From positions 1,440,001 through 1,504,000 of the forward strand of contig OY760183.1 of assembly GCA_963663275.1 (NCBI GenBank): a stretch of DNA of 64,000 nucleotides, read 5' to 3'. The stretch is from Chloroflexota bacterium (GTDB taxonomy: Bacteria; Chloroflexota; UBA11872; VXOZ01). The translations under genes and the position numbers were made by a program. The stretch's first letter is position 1. The number at the start of each line of letters is the position of its first letter. Positions 47,640 through 58,259 of this stretch are shown here, piece after piece. The notes under the pieces are model-generated. The model was given only the letters and a program-made list of their open reading frames with translations, made no database searches and was not told where the DNA came from.

Positions 47640-48371
47640 CTATTCGCGGCTCTGGGGCCGGCGCCACGTGGCTTCCAGCCGGTCTTGGGGGGTGAAGCCC
47701 AGCAGGCGCTTGGTCTTCTCGTTGGAGAAGCGTTGGTGGGGCAGGTCGGCGTGGATGTTGAAGACCTCGCAGCGGGAGGGGAGCGTCGCCAGGTCTACCG
47801 CCAGGCCCAGGCGGATGGCTTGCGCCGCGTCGCGCCAGGTGATGGCGAACGGGTGGCCGCGCCCCGGGTTGACCTCATCGTGGTCGCGGAAGTTGTAGAA
47901 GAGGAAGCAGAGCACGTACACGTCGTGGTTTTCCGTGAAGACCTTGCAGATCTCCTGTCCCAGCCCCTTGCTGAGGGCGTAGAGACTGGTGCTGGGATGG
48001 GGCGGCACGTCGGGGTTTATCTCGTAGTCGAACGTCGTGTAGGTGTCGCCCTGGATGGTGAAGTGCGGGCCGGTATTGAGCACGCGGGGGATGCCGTGGG
48101 CCACCGCCGCGCGCATCATGTTGTAGCAGCCGCGGGCGTTCACGTCGAACGCCGCTTGCCGGTCGGGGCGCACCACCGAGCAGTTGACGATGGCGTCCAT
48201 GCCTTCCGCCGCGCTTAGGATGTCTTCCGGATCCGCGATGTCCACGCGCCGGTACTCATGCCGCGTATAGACCGGCGCAACGTCGGTAACGCGCAAGGTA
48301 TGGTCGCCTTCCAGGGCGCGGATGACGTGGGGCCCCAGTCGCGCCGCCCCGCCGAGAATGAGCACTCTCAT
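47640..48371 (-). CDS. NAD-dependent epimerase/dehydrogenase (extended SDR, uronate dehydrogenase-like)
   Basis: MRVLILGG, LRVTD, FDVNARGCYN and catalytic YALSK. Confidence 0.85.
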   Translation of the reverse strand: MRVLILGGAARLGPHVIRALEGDHTLRVTDVAPVYTRHEYRRVDIADPEDILSAAEGMDAIVNCSVVRPDRQAAFDVNARGCYNMMRAAVAHGIPRVLNTGPHFTIQGDTYTTFDYEINPDVPPHPSTSLYALSKGLGQEICKVFTENHDVYVLCFLFYNFRDHDEVNPGRGHPFAITWRDAAQAIRLGLAVDLATLPSRCEVFNIHADLPHQRFSNEKTKRLLGFTPQDRLEATWRRPQSRE

Positions 48372-49096
48372 CGTTCGCTCCCCGGGTTTCCCTGGCGCGG
48401 TGTGAAGCCCAACCCGTCGCGCGCCTTTACGGTACTGAAACGCGCGCCCGGAAACTCTGATTGAATGTGATAGACGGTCCACGGTTCCGGCGGCGCGGCC
48501 AAGGCGCGGGCGAAAGCCCGCACCGCGTCCGCTTGCGCCAGCCGCGTGGAGCCGGCCGGCGGTGGGGCGCTGGCATCGGCTTCACTGAGGTTTCCCAGGC
48601 GCAGGCACGTGACGGCCATGCGCCCTTCCCGCGCGAATTCGCGGCAGACGAACTCGCCCAGATGGCGCGCCAGCACCGGCGGTTCGGTGGAGGGCCGGGG
48701 CCGCCATTGCTCGTCGATTGCCCAATCCTCGTCGCAGTTCGCGAAGAGGCCCAGGCTGCTGGCGTAGACGCAGCGGGAAACGCCGGCCGCCCTGGCGGCA
48801 AGCAAGAGGTTGTAGGTGCGGCGGGTGTGGTAGTCGAGCAGCCGGTTCGCCGCGGACTCCGCGTCTTCCGACTTGCTTGCGGCGTTCTCAGAATGAAGTG
48901 CGGCCAGGTGGATGAGCGCGTCCACCCCGGCCACCAGGCGGTCGGTCTCCGCATCATGGCCCAGCGCGCAGCGGGTGAACGGCCACGGTCCCGGCGCGTC
49001 CACCACGTCCGTCAGGCGCACGTCGTGTTCCGTAGCGAGCGCCTCCGCCAGGTTTTGGGCCAGGGCGGATGCGCCCGCCGTAATCAGGATGTTCAT
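48368..49096 (-). CDS. Extended-SDR paralog lacking YxxxK
   Basis: MNILIT, VRLTD, LIHLAA and VYASS; the YxxxK position reads VLARH; its stop overlaps the partner's ATG. Confidence 0.8.
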   Translation of the reverse strand: MNILITAGASALAQNLAEALATEHDVRLTDVVDAPGPWPFTRCALGHDAETDRLVAGVDALIHLAALHSENAASKSEDAESAANRLLDYHTRRTYNLLLAARAAGVSRCVYASSLGLFANCDEDWAIDEQWRPRPSTEPPVLARHLGEFVCREFAREGRMAVTCLRLGNLSEADASAPPPAGSTRLAQADAVRAFARALAAPPEPWTVYHIQSEFPGARFSTVKARDGLGFTPRQGNPGSER

Positions 49097-49403
49097 CCCA
49101 GCGGCTCCATCTTGTTTCTTCCAGAGTCTTGCAGCCCGCAGTCACGAGCCGCGGGTCGCGGTCGAGCGGGGGACAAGCCCCAATACTGTCGCATTAACGT
49201 AGCGCGGGGGCTTGTCCCCCGCCGGAATAAGAGAAATGCTAACGAAATGGATTGACCCTACGGAAGACGCAGGTTACAAACCTGCGCTACCGGAGAAACG
49301 AGCGTTGTTTTCACTCTCATTGTGTTTAATGCGACAGCATTGGGGACAAGCCCCCGCGCTACGTGGAGGCGCGCAATCGCGGCCGGGCGTTGGCGCGTAT
49401 TCA

Positions 49404-52115
49404 TCACAGCGGCTCCATCTCGTCCCAGCTTGCGCCGGCTTTGGCGTCCACTTTCACCGGCACGTCCAGCGTCACCGCGTTTTCCATCAGCGGCACGACC
49501 AGATCCGCGCCCGCGTCGATCACCGCCGCATCGCATTCGAACACCAGTTCATCGTGCACCTGCAGCAACATGCGGGCCGGGAGTGCGGTTGCCGCCAGTT
49601 GCGCGGCCACGTGGAGCATGGCCACCTTGATGATGTCGGCGGAGGTGCCTTGCACCGGCATATTGATCGCCATGCGCTCGCCGGCCTGGCGCACGTTGTG
49701 GTTCGAGGCTTGCAGTTCCGGCAGGTAGCGGCGTCGGCCCAGCAGGGTCTCGACGTAGCCGTGCTCGTGGGCAAACTGCTTCGTCTTCTCGGTATAATCG
49801 CGCACGCCGGCGTAGGTGTTCAGGTAGTTCTCGATGAATGCCGCCGCTTCCTGGTAGTTCAGGTCGGTGCGCTGTTCCAGACCGTGGGCCGTCACGCCGT
49901 AGATGATGCCGAAGTTCACCGTCTTGGCGGTGCGCCGCATGGCGGCGGTGACGCCGTCCATCGCCACGTCGAACAATTGGCTGGCGGTGAAGGTATGGAT
50001 GTCTTCCTCGTTGCGAAAAGCCTTGCAAAGCTCTTCATCCTGGCTCAGGTGCGCCAGCACGCGCAGGTCGATCTGCGAATAGTCTGCGGCCAGCAGCGCC
50101 CGGCCGGCGCCGCCCGCCACGAACGCCTTGCGAATCTTCCGTCCCTCCTCGGTGCGGATGGGAATGTTCTGCAAGTTGGGGTCGGTGGACGAAAGCCGGC
50201 CGGTGGCGGCGCCGGTCTGTTCGAACGAGGTGTGGATGCGGCGCGTCTCCGGGTTGACCTTGGTCGGCAGCGCGTCGAGATAGGTGGACTTCAGCTTGGT
50301 AAGCTGGCGGTAGGCCAGCACGCGCTCGATCACCGGATGCGCGCCCCGCAGCGCCTCCATGATCGAAGAATCGGTGGAGTAGCCGGTCTTGGTCTTCTTG
50401 GTGAGCGGCAGGCCGAGTTCGTTGACGAGGATGTTGCCGAGTTGCTGGGTGGACTTGATGTTGAACTCGTGCCCCACGTCGGCGTAGATCGCGCTCTCTA
50501 TCTCGGTAATGCGCGCTGCCATTTCTTGTGTAAGGTTCTCGAGCAAGCCCACGTCCACGGCGACGCCGGCGAACTCCATCTCCGCGATTACGGCGGCCAG
50601 CGGCAACTCCAGGTCGTCGTGCAGCGCGCGCACGTTCCGCTCCTCCAGGTCGGCGGCCAGCGCGGCGCGGAGGGGCAGCAGCGCCCCGGCCTCCTGGGCG
50701 GCCGCCTGGGCCAGCGCGCCGCCGTCGGCTCCGGCCAGTGACTTCTTGCGGTCGCGCAGCGCGTCCACGCCCTCCAGCGTGACGCCGAGGCTATCGAAGA
50801 CGATGTGGTTGAGCGTGCTGGCGCGGCCGCCGGTGGGGTTGGCCAGGTACGCGGCCAGATGGCAATCGAACACCACGCCGGCCACGGCCACGTCCTGGGC
50901 CAGGAGCGCCAGGCTCAAGGTCTTGGCGTCGTAGGCCACTTTGGGAACGCCCGGGTCGCTCAGCGCCGGCGCGATGGCGTGCAGCGCTGGGGCTGCCGCA
51001 ACGTCAACGTAGGCCGTGCCCCGCTCGTTCCAGGCGAACGCCAGCCCCCGCACGGTGGGCCAGGAAGGCGGATCGGGTTCGAGGACGGGCACGACGGCGA
51101 CCTCGCCTACGTCGCGCAAGGTTGCGCACAGTTCCTCGATCGCGCCAATCTCGCTAAGCGCCCGAGCCTGCACGCCGGCGGCGGCCGCGCCGAAGAGCGC
51201 CGCCTGCTCCGCCGCCGTGCCGGCCGGCCGCGGCAGGCGGTCGAGCAGCGAGCGGAAGCTAAGTTCGCGGAACAGGGCCAGCACCGCTTCCCGGTCGTAG
51301 TTGCCCAGTTCGCTGGCCGCCGGTTCGAGCGTGATCTCCACGTCGCGCACGATCGTCACCAACTCCCGGCTGCGGGCAAGCTGTTCCTTATCCTGTTCCA
51401 GCGCCTTCTGCTGGCGGGTGGGCAGTTCGTGGAGGTTATCGAGAATGCCGTCGATGTCGCCGTATTTCCGCAAAAGCGTGCCGGCCGTCTTGGCGCCGAT
51501 GCCGCGCACGCCGGGCACGTTGTCGGAGGTATCGCCCACCAGCGCCTTGTAGTCGATTACTTGCGCCGGGGTGAGACCCTGAAAGCGCTTGGCCACTTCC
51601 GGCGGGCCGACCTCAGCCAACTCGCCGGAGCGGGGCCGGGGCACCAGCAGGCGCACCACGTCGTCCACCAGTTGGTAGGCGTCGGTATCGCCGGTGACGA
51701 TGAAGGTGGGAATCGCTTGCGCCGCCGCCTGGCGGGAAAGCGTGCCAAGCACGTCGTCGGCCTCGTAGCCCGGTTCCTCGAAGATGGGAATGCGAAAGGT
51801 CTCCACCACCTGGCGCACCCGGTCCATCTGCTGGTAGAGCAGCGGATCGCCTTCGGGCCGGGTGGCCTTATACTCGGTGTATTGTTCGTGGCGGAAGGTG
51901 GGGCCGGGCAGGTCGAAGGCCACGGCGGCGTAGCGCGGCTTGAGCTTGTCGATGACGTAGAGCAGTGTGTTGGTGAAGCCGAACACCGCGTTGGTCATCT
52001 CGCCGGAGGCGCTGGTGAATTCCTTGGGCACCGCGTGGAACGCCCGGTGGACGATGGAGTGTCCATCGATGAGGACCAGCGAGTCGGCGGGGGATTGGTC
52101 GCCAGCGGGACTCAT
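49404..52115 (-). CDS. polA: DNA polymerase I
   Basis: LIDGHS, YEADD, GDTSDNVPGV, TGRLSSTDPNLQNIP, ADYSQI, AKTVNFGIIYG and QVHDEL; the 3'-5' exonuclease domain looks degenerate. Confidence 0.98.
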   Translation of the reverse strand: MSPAGDQSPADSLVLIDGHSIVHRAFHAVPKEFTSASGEMTNAVFGFTNTLLYVIDKLKPRYAAVAFDLPGPTFRHEQYTEYKATRPEGDPLLYQQMDRVRQVVETFRIPIFEEPGYEADDVLGTLSRQAAAQAIPTFIVTGDTDAYQLVDDVVRLLVPRPRSGELAEVGPPEVAKRFQGLTPAQVIDYKALVGDTSDNVPGVRGIGAKTAGTLLRKYGDIDGILDNLHELPTRQQKALEQDKEQLARSRELVTIVRDVEITLEPAASELGNYDREAVLALFRELSFRSLLDRLPRPAGTAAEQAALFGAAAAGVQARALSEIGAIEELCATLRDVGEVAVVPVLEPDPPSWPTVRGLAFAWNERGTAYVDVAAAPALHAIAPALSDPGVPKVAYDAKTLSLALLAQDVAVAGVVFDCHLAAYLANPTGGRASTLNHIVFDSLGVTLEGVDALRDRKKSLAGADGGALAQAAAQEAGALLPLRAALAADLEERNVRALHDDLELPLAAVIAEMEFAGVAVDVGLLENLTQEMAARITEIESAIYADVGHEFNIKSTQQLGNILVNELGLPLTKKTKTGYSTDSSIMEALRGAHPVIERVLAYRQLTKLKSTYLDALPTKVNPETRRIHTSFEQTGAATGRLSSTDPNLQNIPIRTEEGRKIRKAFVAGGAGRALLAADYSQIDLRVLAHLSQDEELCKAFRNEEDIHTFTASQLFDVAMDGVTAAMRRTAKTVNFGIIYGVTAHGLEQRTDLNYQEAAAFIENYLNTYAGVRDYTEKTKQFAHEHGYVETLLGRRRYLPELQASNHNVRQAGERMAINMPVQGTSADIIKVAMLHVAAQLAATALPARMLLQVHDELVFECDAAVIDAGADLVVPLMENAVTLDVPVKVDAKAGASWDEMEPL

Positions 52116-52278
52116 GGGGAGAATCTCTATTGCTCGGTCACGTGCCAGGCGCGCGTCGCTTGCTATGTTTAGCATACGCCGCCGCGCGGCAGCGGGCAAG
52201 GCGGCGCCCTCCGCTCAATTGCGCCAGAGGTGAATCTTGGATAACCTGGGGCGGAACGCGGAGTCCCTACTCTCCTGA

Positions 52279-52350
52279 GGAAACCCTTGCACAACCTCGC
52301 TGAGAGGCGAGAAGTCCCCTCTCCCACGGGGAGAGGGTTAGGGTGAGGGG
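52279..52350. repeat. Partial copy of the 47410-type IS5-end MITE
   Basis: GGAAACCCTTGCACAACCTCGCTGAGAGGCG...GGGAGAGGGTTAGGGTGAGG matches the reverse complement of about 47545-47613. Confidence 0.75.
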
Positions 52351-52424
52351 AATCTTCGTACATCCAGAGCAATGCGCTCACTTCATCGAACTACGGCAGA
52401 ATCGCCAATCAAGGTAGCAACGCC

Positions 52425-53084
52425 ATGCTGCGCGTCCGCCGTTCCAAAGCCCAGGCGCGGGCAAGCTACGACCGGATGAGCCGGTCGTACGACCTCTTTG
52501 CCGGCGCCTTCGAGCAAAGACTGCGCAACCTGGCGCTGGAGCGGCTCGGCATTATGGATGGTGAGGCCGTGCTGGAAATCGGCTTTGGCACGGGGCACGC
52601 CCTGGAGCGGATTGCCGGGGCCGTGGGCGAGCGGGGCCGGGTGTGCGGCATCGACATTTCCACTGGGATGCTCGGGGTGAGCCAACGGCGGCTGGCGCGG
52701 GCGGGACTGCTGGAAAGGGTGGCCTTGCGCTGCGGCGACGCGGCGGCGCTGCCGTATGCGGACGGCGCGTTCGACGCGGTGTTCATGAGCTTCACCTTGG
52801 AACTCTTCGATACGCCCGAAATCCCGCGGGTGCTTGGTGAAGTCAGGCGCGTCTTGCGGCCGGGCGGCCGGCTAGGCGTGGTGAGCCTTTCGCGGGAAGC
52901 GGGCGCGCCCCTGATGCTGCGGCTGTACGAGTGGCTGGGCCAACGCCTGCCCCGGTATATCGACTGCCGGCCCATCTACCTTGAACGGGCGCTGCGCGAA
53001 GCCGGATTTGCTATCGCCCACAGCGAGGAAGTTAGCCTCTGGGGACTGCCGGCGAAGGTTGTGGTCGGTGCGCGCGGCGGCTAA
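52425..53084 (+). CDS. Class I SAM-dependent methyltransferase (UbiE/MenG-like)
   Basis: VLEIGFGTG, GIDIS, GDAAALPY and RVLRPGG. Confidence 0.9.
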   Translation: MLRVRRSKAQARASYDRMSRSYDLFAGAFEQRLRNLALERLGIMDGEAVLEIGFGTGHALERIAGAVGERGRVCGIDISTGMLGVSQRRLARAGLLERVALRCGDAAALPYADGAFDAVFMSFTLELFDTPEIPRVLGEVRRVLRPGGRLGVVSLSREAGAPLMLRLYEWLGQRLPRYIDCRPIYLERALREAGFAIAHSEEVSLWGLPAKVVVGARGG

Positions 53085-53442
53085 CGACCTTTCAAGCAGT
53101 CAAGGTAGTCCTGCCCTAAGGTTTCACCCTCACCCTAACCCTCTCCCTCAGGGAGAGGGGACAAGATCGGAGCGCGGCTGTCCGCCGCGAAGGTGTTTAC
53201 ACGGCACTAGGCGCGCCAACTGGAATCTTGCCATGGCCGCGCCTGCTCTACGTTGGCTCGCCGTAGCGCGGGGGCTTGTCCCCCGCCTCTTGGCGACGCC
53301 AGGCGCGCGCCGTCTCTGGCACAATACTTCGCAGTCCAATACTATTATGATGATGGCAACGGCGGCGCTCATGCCGTCGATGCCGGCCTGTTGAGCCGCC
53401 GGGGACACGCAGCAATCGCTTTGCCAGCGGAAAGGGGACGCC

Positions 53443-54951
53443 GTGAGCACGTACGTGTTGGCCTTGGACCAGGGCACCACATCATCGCGCGCCATGCTCT
53501 TCGACGCCGCCGGGCGGGTAGTGGCCGGCGCCGGGCGGGAACTGCCGCAAATCTACCCGCAAGCCGGCTGGGTGGAGCACGACCCCCGCGCCATCTGGCA
53601 AACGCAGCATGAATCCATCCAGGCCGTGCTACACCAGGCGGCGGTCGCGCCGGAGGAGATTGCGGCCATCGGCATTGCCAATCAAAGGGAAACCGCCCTT
53701 GCCTGGCAACGTTCCACCGGCGAGCCGCTGGGCAACGCGATCGTGTGGCAGTGCCGCCGCACGGCGGCGCGCTGCCGTGAACTGGAAGCGCAGGGCCTCG
53801 CGGACGAAGTCAGGCAGAAGACCGGCTTGGTGCTGGACGCCTACTTTTCCGGTCCTAAGTTCGAGTGGCTCTTGCAAAACACCCCGCGCGCCCGTGAACT
53901 CGCCGCCCGCAACGACCTCTGCCTGGGCACGGTGGACTCCTGGCTGATCGCCAATCTCACCGGGCACACCCGGCACGTCACCGACCCCACCAACGCCTCC
54001 CGCACCATGCTCTACGACATCCACGCGCGCGCCTGGGACGAGGAACTGCTGGCGCGCTTCGGTATCCCCGCGGAGGCCTTGCCGCGGGTGGCGCCATCAG
54101 CCGGGGTGATTTGCGAGACGGCGCCGGCGGTGTTTGGCGCCGCCGTGCCGATCGCGGGCGTCGCGGGCGACCAGCAGGCGGCGCTCTTTGGCCAGGCGTG
54201 CTGGCGGCCGGGTCACGCCAAGAACACTTACGGCACCGGCTGCTTCCTGCTGGCGCACACCGGCGGCCGGGCAACGCCGTCGCGCGCGGGCCTGCTGACC
54301 ACGGTGGCGGCCTCGGCCCACGGTCCCGCCTACGCGCTGGAAGGCTCGGTCTTCGTGGCCGGGGCCGCGATCCAGTGGCTGCGCGACAAGCTGGGCGTGA
54401 TCGACACGGCGGCGGAGAGTGAGACGCTGGCGCGCCAGGTACCGGACTCCGGCGGTGTGGTCGTGGTGCCCGCCTTCACGGGCTTGGGCACGCCCTACTG
54501 GGACCCGCAGGCGCGCGGGACGATCCTCGGCCTGACCCTGGGTTCCACCAAAGCCCACGTGGCCCGCGCCACGTTGGAAGCGCTCGCGTTCCAAACGCGC
54601 GACGTGGCGCAGACGATGGAGGAGGAGTCGGGCGCGCCGCTGCAAGAACTGCGGGCGGACGGCGGCGCGGTGGCCAACGCCCTCCTGATGCAGACCCAGG
54701 CGGATCTGCTCGGCATTCCGGTGGTCGTGCCCACGGTGACGGAAACCACCGCGCTCGGCGCGGCGTACCTGGCCGGACTGGGCGTCGGCTTCTGGCCGGA
54801 CGCCGCGACCGTGGCGGCCCAATGGCGCGCTGCGCGGCGCTACGAACCCCAAATCGGCGCGGACGAACGTGAATCCCGTTACGCTACCTGGCAACGCGCC
54901 GTCACCCGCGCCCGCGACTGGGCAACCGCCCGCGACTGGGCAACCACGTGA
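53443..54951 (+). CDS. glpK: Glycerol kinase
   Basis: [37 protein letters not shown] and ETTALGAA. Confidence 0.96.
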   Translation: MSTYVLALDQGTTSSRAMLFDAAGRVVAGAGRELPQIYPQAGWVEHDPRAIWQTQHESIQAVLHQAAVAPEEIAAIGIANQRETALAWQRSTGEPLGNAIVWQCRRTAARCRELEAQGLADEVRQKTGLVLDAYFSGPKFEWLLQNTPRARELAARNDLCLGTVDSWLIANLTGHTRHVTDPTNASRTMLYDIHARAWDEELLARFGIPAEALPRVAPSAGVICETAPAVFGAAVPIAGVAGDQQAALFGQACWRPGHAKNTYGTGCFLLAHTGGRATPSRAGLLTTVAASAHGPAYALEGSVFVAGAAIQWLRDKLGVIDTAAESETLARQVPDSGGVVVVPAFTGLGTPYWDPQARGTILGLTLGSTKAHVARATLEALAFQTRDVAQTMEEESGAPLQELRADGGAVANALLMQTQADLLGIPVVVPTVTETTALGAAYLAGLGVGFWPDAATVAAQWRAARRYEPQIGADERESRYATWQRAVTRARDWATARDWATT

Positions 54952-54965
54952 ATGCCGCCGCGGCT

Positions 54966-55742
54966 CTAGCCGGATTCAGACTGCAACGCCTTTAGCGCCA
55001 CTTGATAGAGCGTTTCCAGGCCAATGCGCGTGGTGTCTGAGCGGAAATGCGGATCCCAGGTCAGGTCCGCGAGCGAGTCGCTGATGGTCAAGAGTGACCC
55101 CATCTCAACGCCGCGATACGTAGCCACGGCAAAGAGCGCCGCGGCCTCCATCTCGACGGTAAGCACCCCCTCCGCCTGGTAATGCTTCACCTCCGCTATA
55201 GTCTCACGATACGGCGCGTCTATCGTCCAACTCTCGCCGGCGTGATGCGGTGTATCCGCGGCCTGGAGCGCCGCTACCAGCCGGGTGGTCATGGCCGGCG
55301 AGGCGTGGGCGTACTTCTCCGGCGGCAGGTAGTGGTGGGACGTGCCCTCATCGCGTATCGCCCGGTCGCAGACAACGATGTCGCCAATGGCCACGTGCCG
55401 TTGCAGGCTGCCCGCCGTGCCGATGGAGAGAAAGCGTCGGACGCCTTGCACGATCAAGGCTTCAAGTATCAGAACCGCGGCGGGCGCGCCGATGCCGAAA
55501 CCGCCGGCGACGGCCACGCGGTTCTCCGTTTCGTGCAGCCAGTGCAGATGGCGATACGTTCCACGCACGGGACTTGTAACTTCATGCCGCTCCAGGATGT
55601 GCGCCAGTAAGGAAGACTGGTAGCACATGATCACAGCCTCCGGATACGGCAAGGGCGGTGGGTCCGCCAGGTGCGCGACGGCGGCCGCAGGCGTGATGAG
55701 CGCCTCTTTACGGTGCTTGTTGGGAAAGTTTGGGAGGGACAT
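54966..55742 (-). CDS. Nucleoside phosphorylase (PNP/UDP family)
   Basis: GIGAP, GTAGSL, RDEGTS, DAPYRET, VEME and ISD. Confidence 0.92.
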   Translation of the reverse strand: MSLPNFPNKHRKEALITPAAAVAHLADPPPLPYPEAVIMCYQSSLLAHILERHEVTSPVRGTYRHLHWLHETENRVAVAGGFGIGAPAAVLILEALIVQGVRRFLSIGTAGSLQRHVAIGDIVVCDRAIRDEGTSHHYLPPEKYAHASPAMTTRLVAALQAADTPHHAGESWTIDAPYRETIAEVKHYQAEGVLTVEMEAAALFAVATYRGVEMGSLLTISDSLADLTWDPHFRSDTTRIGLETLYQVALKALQSESG

Positions 55743-55822
55743 GCGGCTCTGTCGCCAATCTGAACAACCGGCTTCGTAGCGCGGGGGCTTGTCCCCCGCC
55801 TGGATAAGGAGCTTTGACCTTA

Positions 55823-56018
55823 CGGGGCGCAGGTTGCAAACCTATTCTACCGGAACGCAGGTTGCAAACCTACGCTACCGGGACGCGGGTTGCAAACCTG
55901 CGCTGCCGGAACGCAGGTTGCAAACCTACGCTACCGGAACGCAGGTTACAAACCTGCGCTACCGGAACGCAGGTTGCAAACCTACGCTACCGGAACGCAG
56001 GTTACAAACCTGCGCTAC
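55823..56018. repeat. Seven tandem 28-bp units CGGAACGCAGGTT(G/A)CAAACCT(A/G)CGCTAC
   Basis: Exact 28-bp period with no spacers; same REP family as the 15604 array. Confidence 0.92.
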
Positions 56019-56057
56019 CGGAGACGTGGGGCGCGGGTGCGCGGCCGCCGTGGACTT

Positions 56058-58259
56058 TCACGTCTTCTTTACGAAGACCGGACTGCACCACGCCATTTCG
56101 CCGTCGTATTGGGTCACGCGGACGAAATAGGGCGTCATGTCTTGCCGCAGCGGCTCCGGGTCTTGGAAGGTGAAGGCCGCGTCGTAGGGAGCGCGTTCCT
56201 CGTGGTCGCGGCTGATGCGGACTTCGCTGCCGACGCCGGTGATGCCGGGGCGCACGATTTCGTTGTTTTCTGCGAGTTCGTCCAGGCGCACCGCAAACGT
56301 GGCCGGCGCGGAGGTGAAACTCAGCGTGGTTGCGGCGGCGCCGACGATTTCCAGCGCCACGCCGTCCCAATCGCCGGAGGTCTGCGAGACCCAGCGCACG
56401 CTCTCTTCATTCCATTCCACGATGCCTTCCGTCGGATCGTCGAAGGCCCAGCCCTTGGCCGCAACGATGCGGCCCTGATCCACGCGAAGGCTGCCGTCCC
56501 AGCGCAAACGGCGCGTGCGGTCTTTCACGCGGGAACCCCGCCAGCCGACGCGGATTTTCCGTGGCATTCCGTTTTCCGGCTCGACAAGAGGATGAGAGTA
56601 AACCACCTCAGTTCCCCGCAATACCTCCACTTTCTCCAGGGGCGCGGCGCCAGCCACTTTGACGTCTAACACCGGTGGCTGGGCGTTATAAAATACCTCG
56701 CCCATCAGGTGTCCGTCGGCGGTCACGTGCACGATCATGCGGGCGCCGGTGGAAGCGAACGTGTGGCGCGCGCGGATGGCGTCCCAGATCGAGCGCCGCT
56801 GGAGTGCCGGCGCGTACGCGCCGAGCAGCCCGCCGCGCACGCCGAACATGCCGCCGTTCGTCGGGTAGCTCGTGCCGGGGCGGCCCGTGTGATCGTCGCT
56901 GCCGGCCGCGAAGCCGGTGACGTAGCCCCGGTCCAGCGCCTCCTGCCAGACCCACTCGAACCAGCCGTGCGCCGAGGCGATTTCGATCAGGGGCATGACT
57001 TCGGCGTCGAAGTAGTCGAGATTGGCGCGCCGCCCGCCGATGTGGGGAATCATGAAGACGTCGTCCAGTCCGCGATAGCGGTCAACCAGTTTCGAGACCG
57101 GGCACATGTCCTCCCACGGCCCCGGATCGCCCGGTACCTGCCAGTGGGACGAGCGGTGCAGCGGGCCTTCATCGCCGAGGAAGTGCACGTTGTGGTCGCC
57201 GCCCGCCGGATGGTTGCCGGACCACTCGTAGCCGAGCAGCGTGAGGAAGCGGCCGGGGTCGTTGTAGCGCTTCACGATCTCCTGCAACTCGTACCAGAAC
57301 TCCGCCGTTATCTGAAAGTCGTTGCCCTGGATGCCCAGGAAGTCCACCCCGGCGTGGTCGCGGGCGTAGGTGAAGTATTCGTCCGGGCTGCCCGTGCCCA
57401 CGGTCTCCTCGGTCTGGGCGTGCATGTCCCCCCAGTAGAGGCGCATTGCGGGCGTGTCCGCCTGCGCGTGGATGGGATTGCTGCGGACGGCAAACGCCGG
57501 ATTCGCACCGCGGGCCTCGAGGCGCGTGATGCCGGGTTCATCCAGAGTCAGGCCGGTAAAGCGGTACACGCCGCCGTCTTGTTCGCTAAAGGTGTGGCTC
57601 ACCAGCGGCGCGGCCTGGTGGGGCAGATAGATTCCCATCTCGCCGCGAAAGCCGTCCGCCGTGTTGCCCCAGGCGTCGTCGGCGCGCACCAACACGTCGA
57701 AAGCCTCGTCCACGGTCACGGTGCTCGGCGCTTGCGCCACCAGGCGGGCGGGCGGCCCGGCCGCGATGCGCACCACCGGCGCGTCCGGCAACTCGCGGAA
57801 TTGGAGCGTGCCGAAGTTATCGGCAAAGAACTTAAACTCGAAGGTGCGCTCCACGAACGTCTGCGCCTGGCTGCCGGGACTGCCGCCGGACGTATCGCCC
57901 ATCACGATCCAGATGCGCTCGCCCGCCTCCAGCGTGCCGTCGTGCACGTGCACGTGGATGGTGCGCCGCCAGGGCCGCACGTGGTTTTCGCGGTCGAAGT
58001 GCACCTGCAACTTGGCGTTGCCGTCGGTATGCACGCGGCAGTAGTTTGGCGCGGTGGGATCGTCGAAGTCCGGCGCGCCCCAGTCGCAGACGCCCCGCAT
58101 CACCAAACGCAGGTTGGAGCGGTCGTCCATGCCGTAGGTCCCCACCGTGAAGGTGAACGTCCACGTGCCCCACGACCCGGCTACCACGTCGGCAGTGGGG
58201 TCTAGTGAAACCGTGCCGCAGTACTCCCGCAACGTCGCCGCATCATATTCCGGTGGCAT
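56058..58259 (-). CDS. DUF3604 domain (PHP-like) protein
   Basis: WGDMHAQ, GYEWSG, GGDHNV, IPHIGG, SDDHTGRPG and YFVRVTQ...AWCSP. Confidence 0.85.
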   Translation of the reverse strand: MPPEYDAATLREYCGTVSLDPTADVVAGSWGTWTFTFTVGTYGMDDRSNLRLVMRGVCDWGAPDFDDPTAPNYCRVHTDGNAKLQVHFDRENHVRPWRRTIHVHVHDGTLEAGERIWIVMGDTSGGSPGSQAQTFVERTFEFKFFADNFGTLQFRELPDAPVVRIAAGPPARLVAQAPSTVTVDEAFDVLVRADDAWGNTADGFRGEMGIYLPHQAAPLVSHTFSEQDGGVYRFTGLTLDEPGITRLEARGANPAFAVRSNPIHAQADTPAMRLYWGDMHAQTEETVGTGSPDEYFTYARDHAGVDFLGIQGNDFQITAEFWYELQEIVKRYNDPGRFLTLLGYEWSGNHPAGGDHNVHFLGDEGPLHRSSHWQVPGDPGPWEDMCPVSKLVDRYRGLDDVFMIPHIGGRRANLDYFDAEVMPLIEIASAHGWFEWVWQEALDRGYVTGFAAGSDDHTGRPGTSYPTNGGMFGVRGGLLGAYAPALQRRSIWDAIRARHTFASTGARMIVHVTADGHLMGEVFYNAQPPVLDVKVAGAAPLEKVEVLRGTEVVYSHPLVEPENGMPRKIRVGWRGSRVKDRTRRLRWDGSLRVDQGRIVAAKGWAFDDPTEGIVEWNEESVRWVSQTSGDWDGVALEIVGAAATTLSFTSAPATFAVRLDELAENNEIVRPGITGVGSEVRISRDHEERAPYDAAFTFQDPEPLRQDMTPYFVRVTQYDGEMAWCSPVFVKKT

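Noticed and set aside
55823-56018. CRISPR-like array of 28-bp palindromic repeats
   Set aside because: The units are head-to-tail with no unique spacers, no cas genes are present, and the same motif occurs as dispersed REPs.
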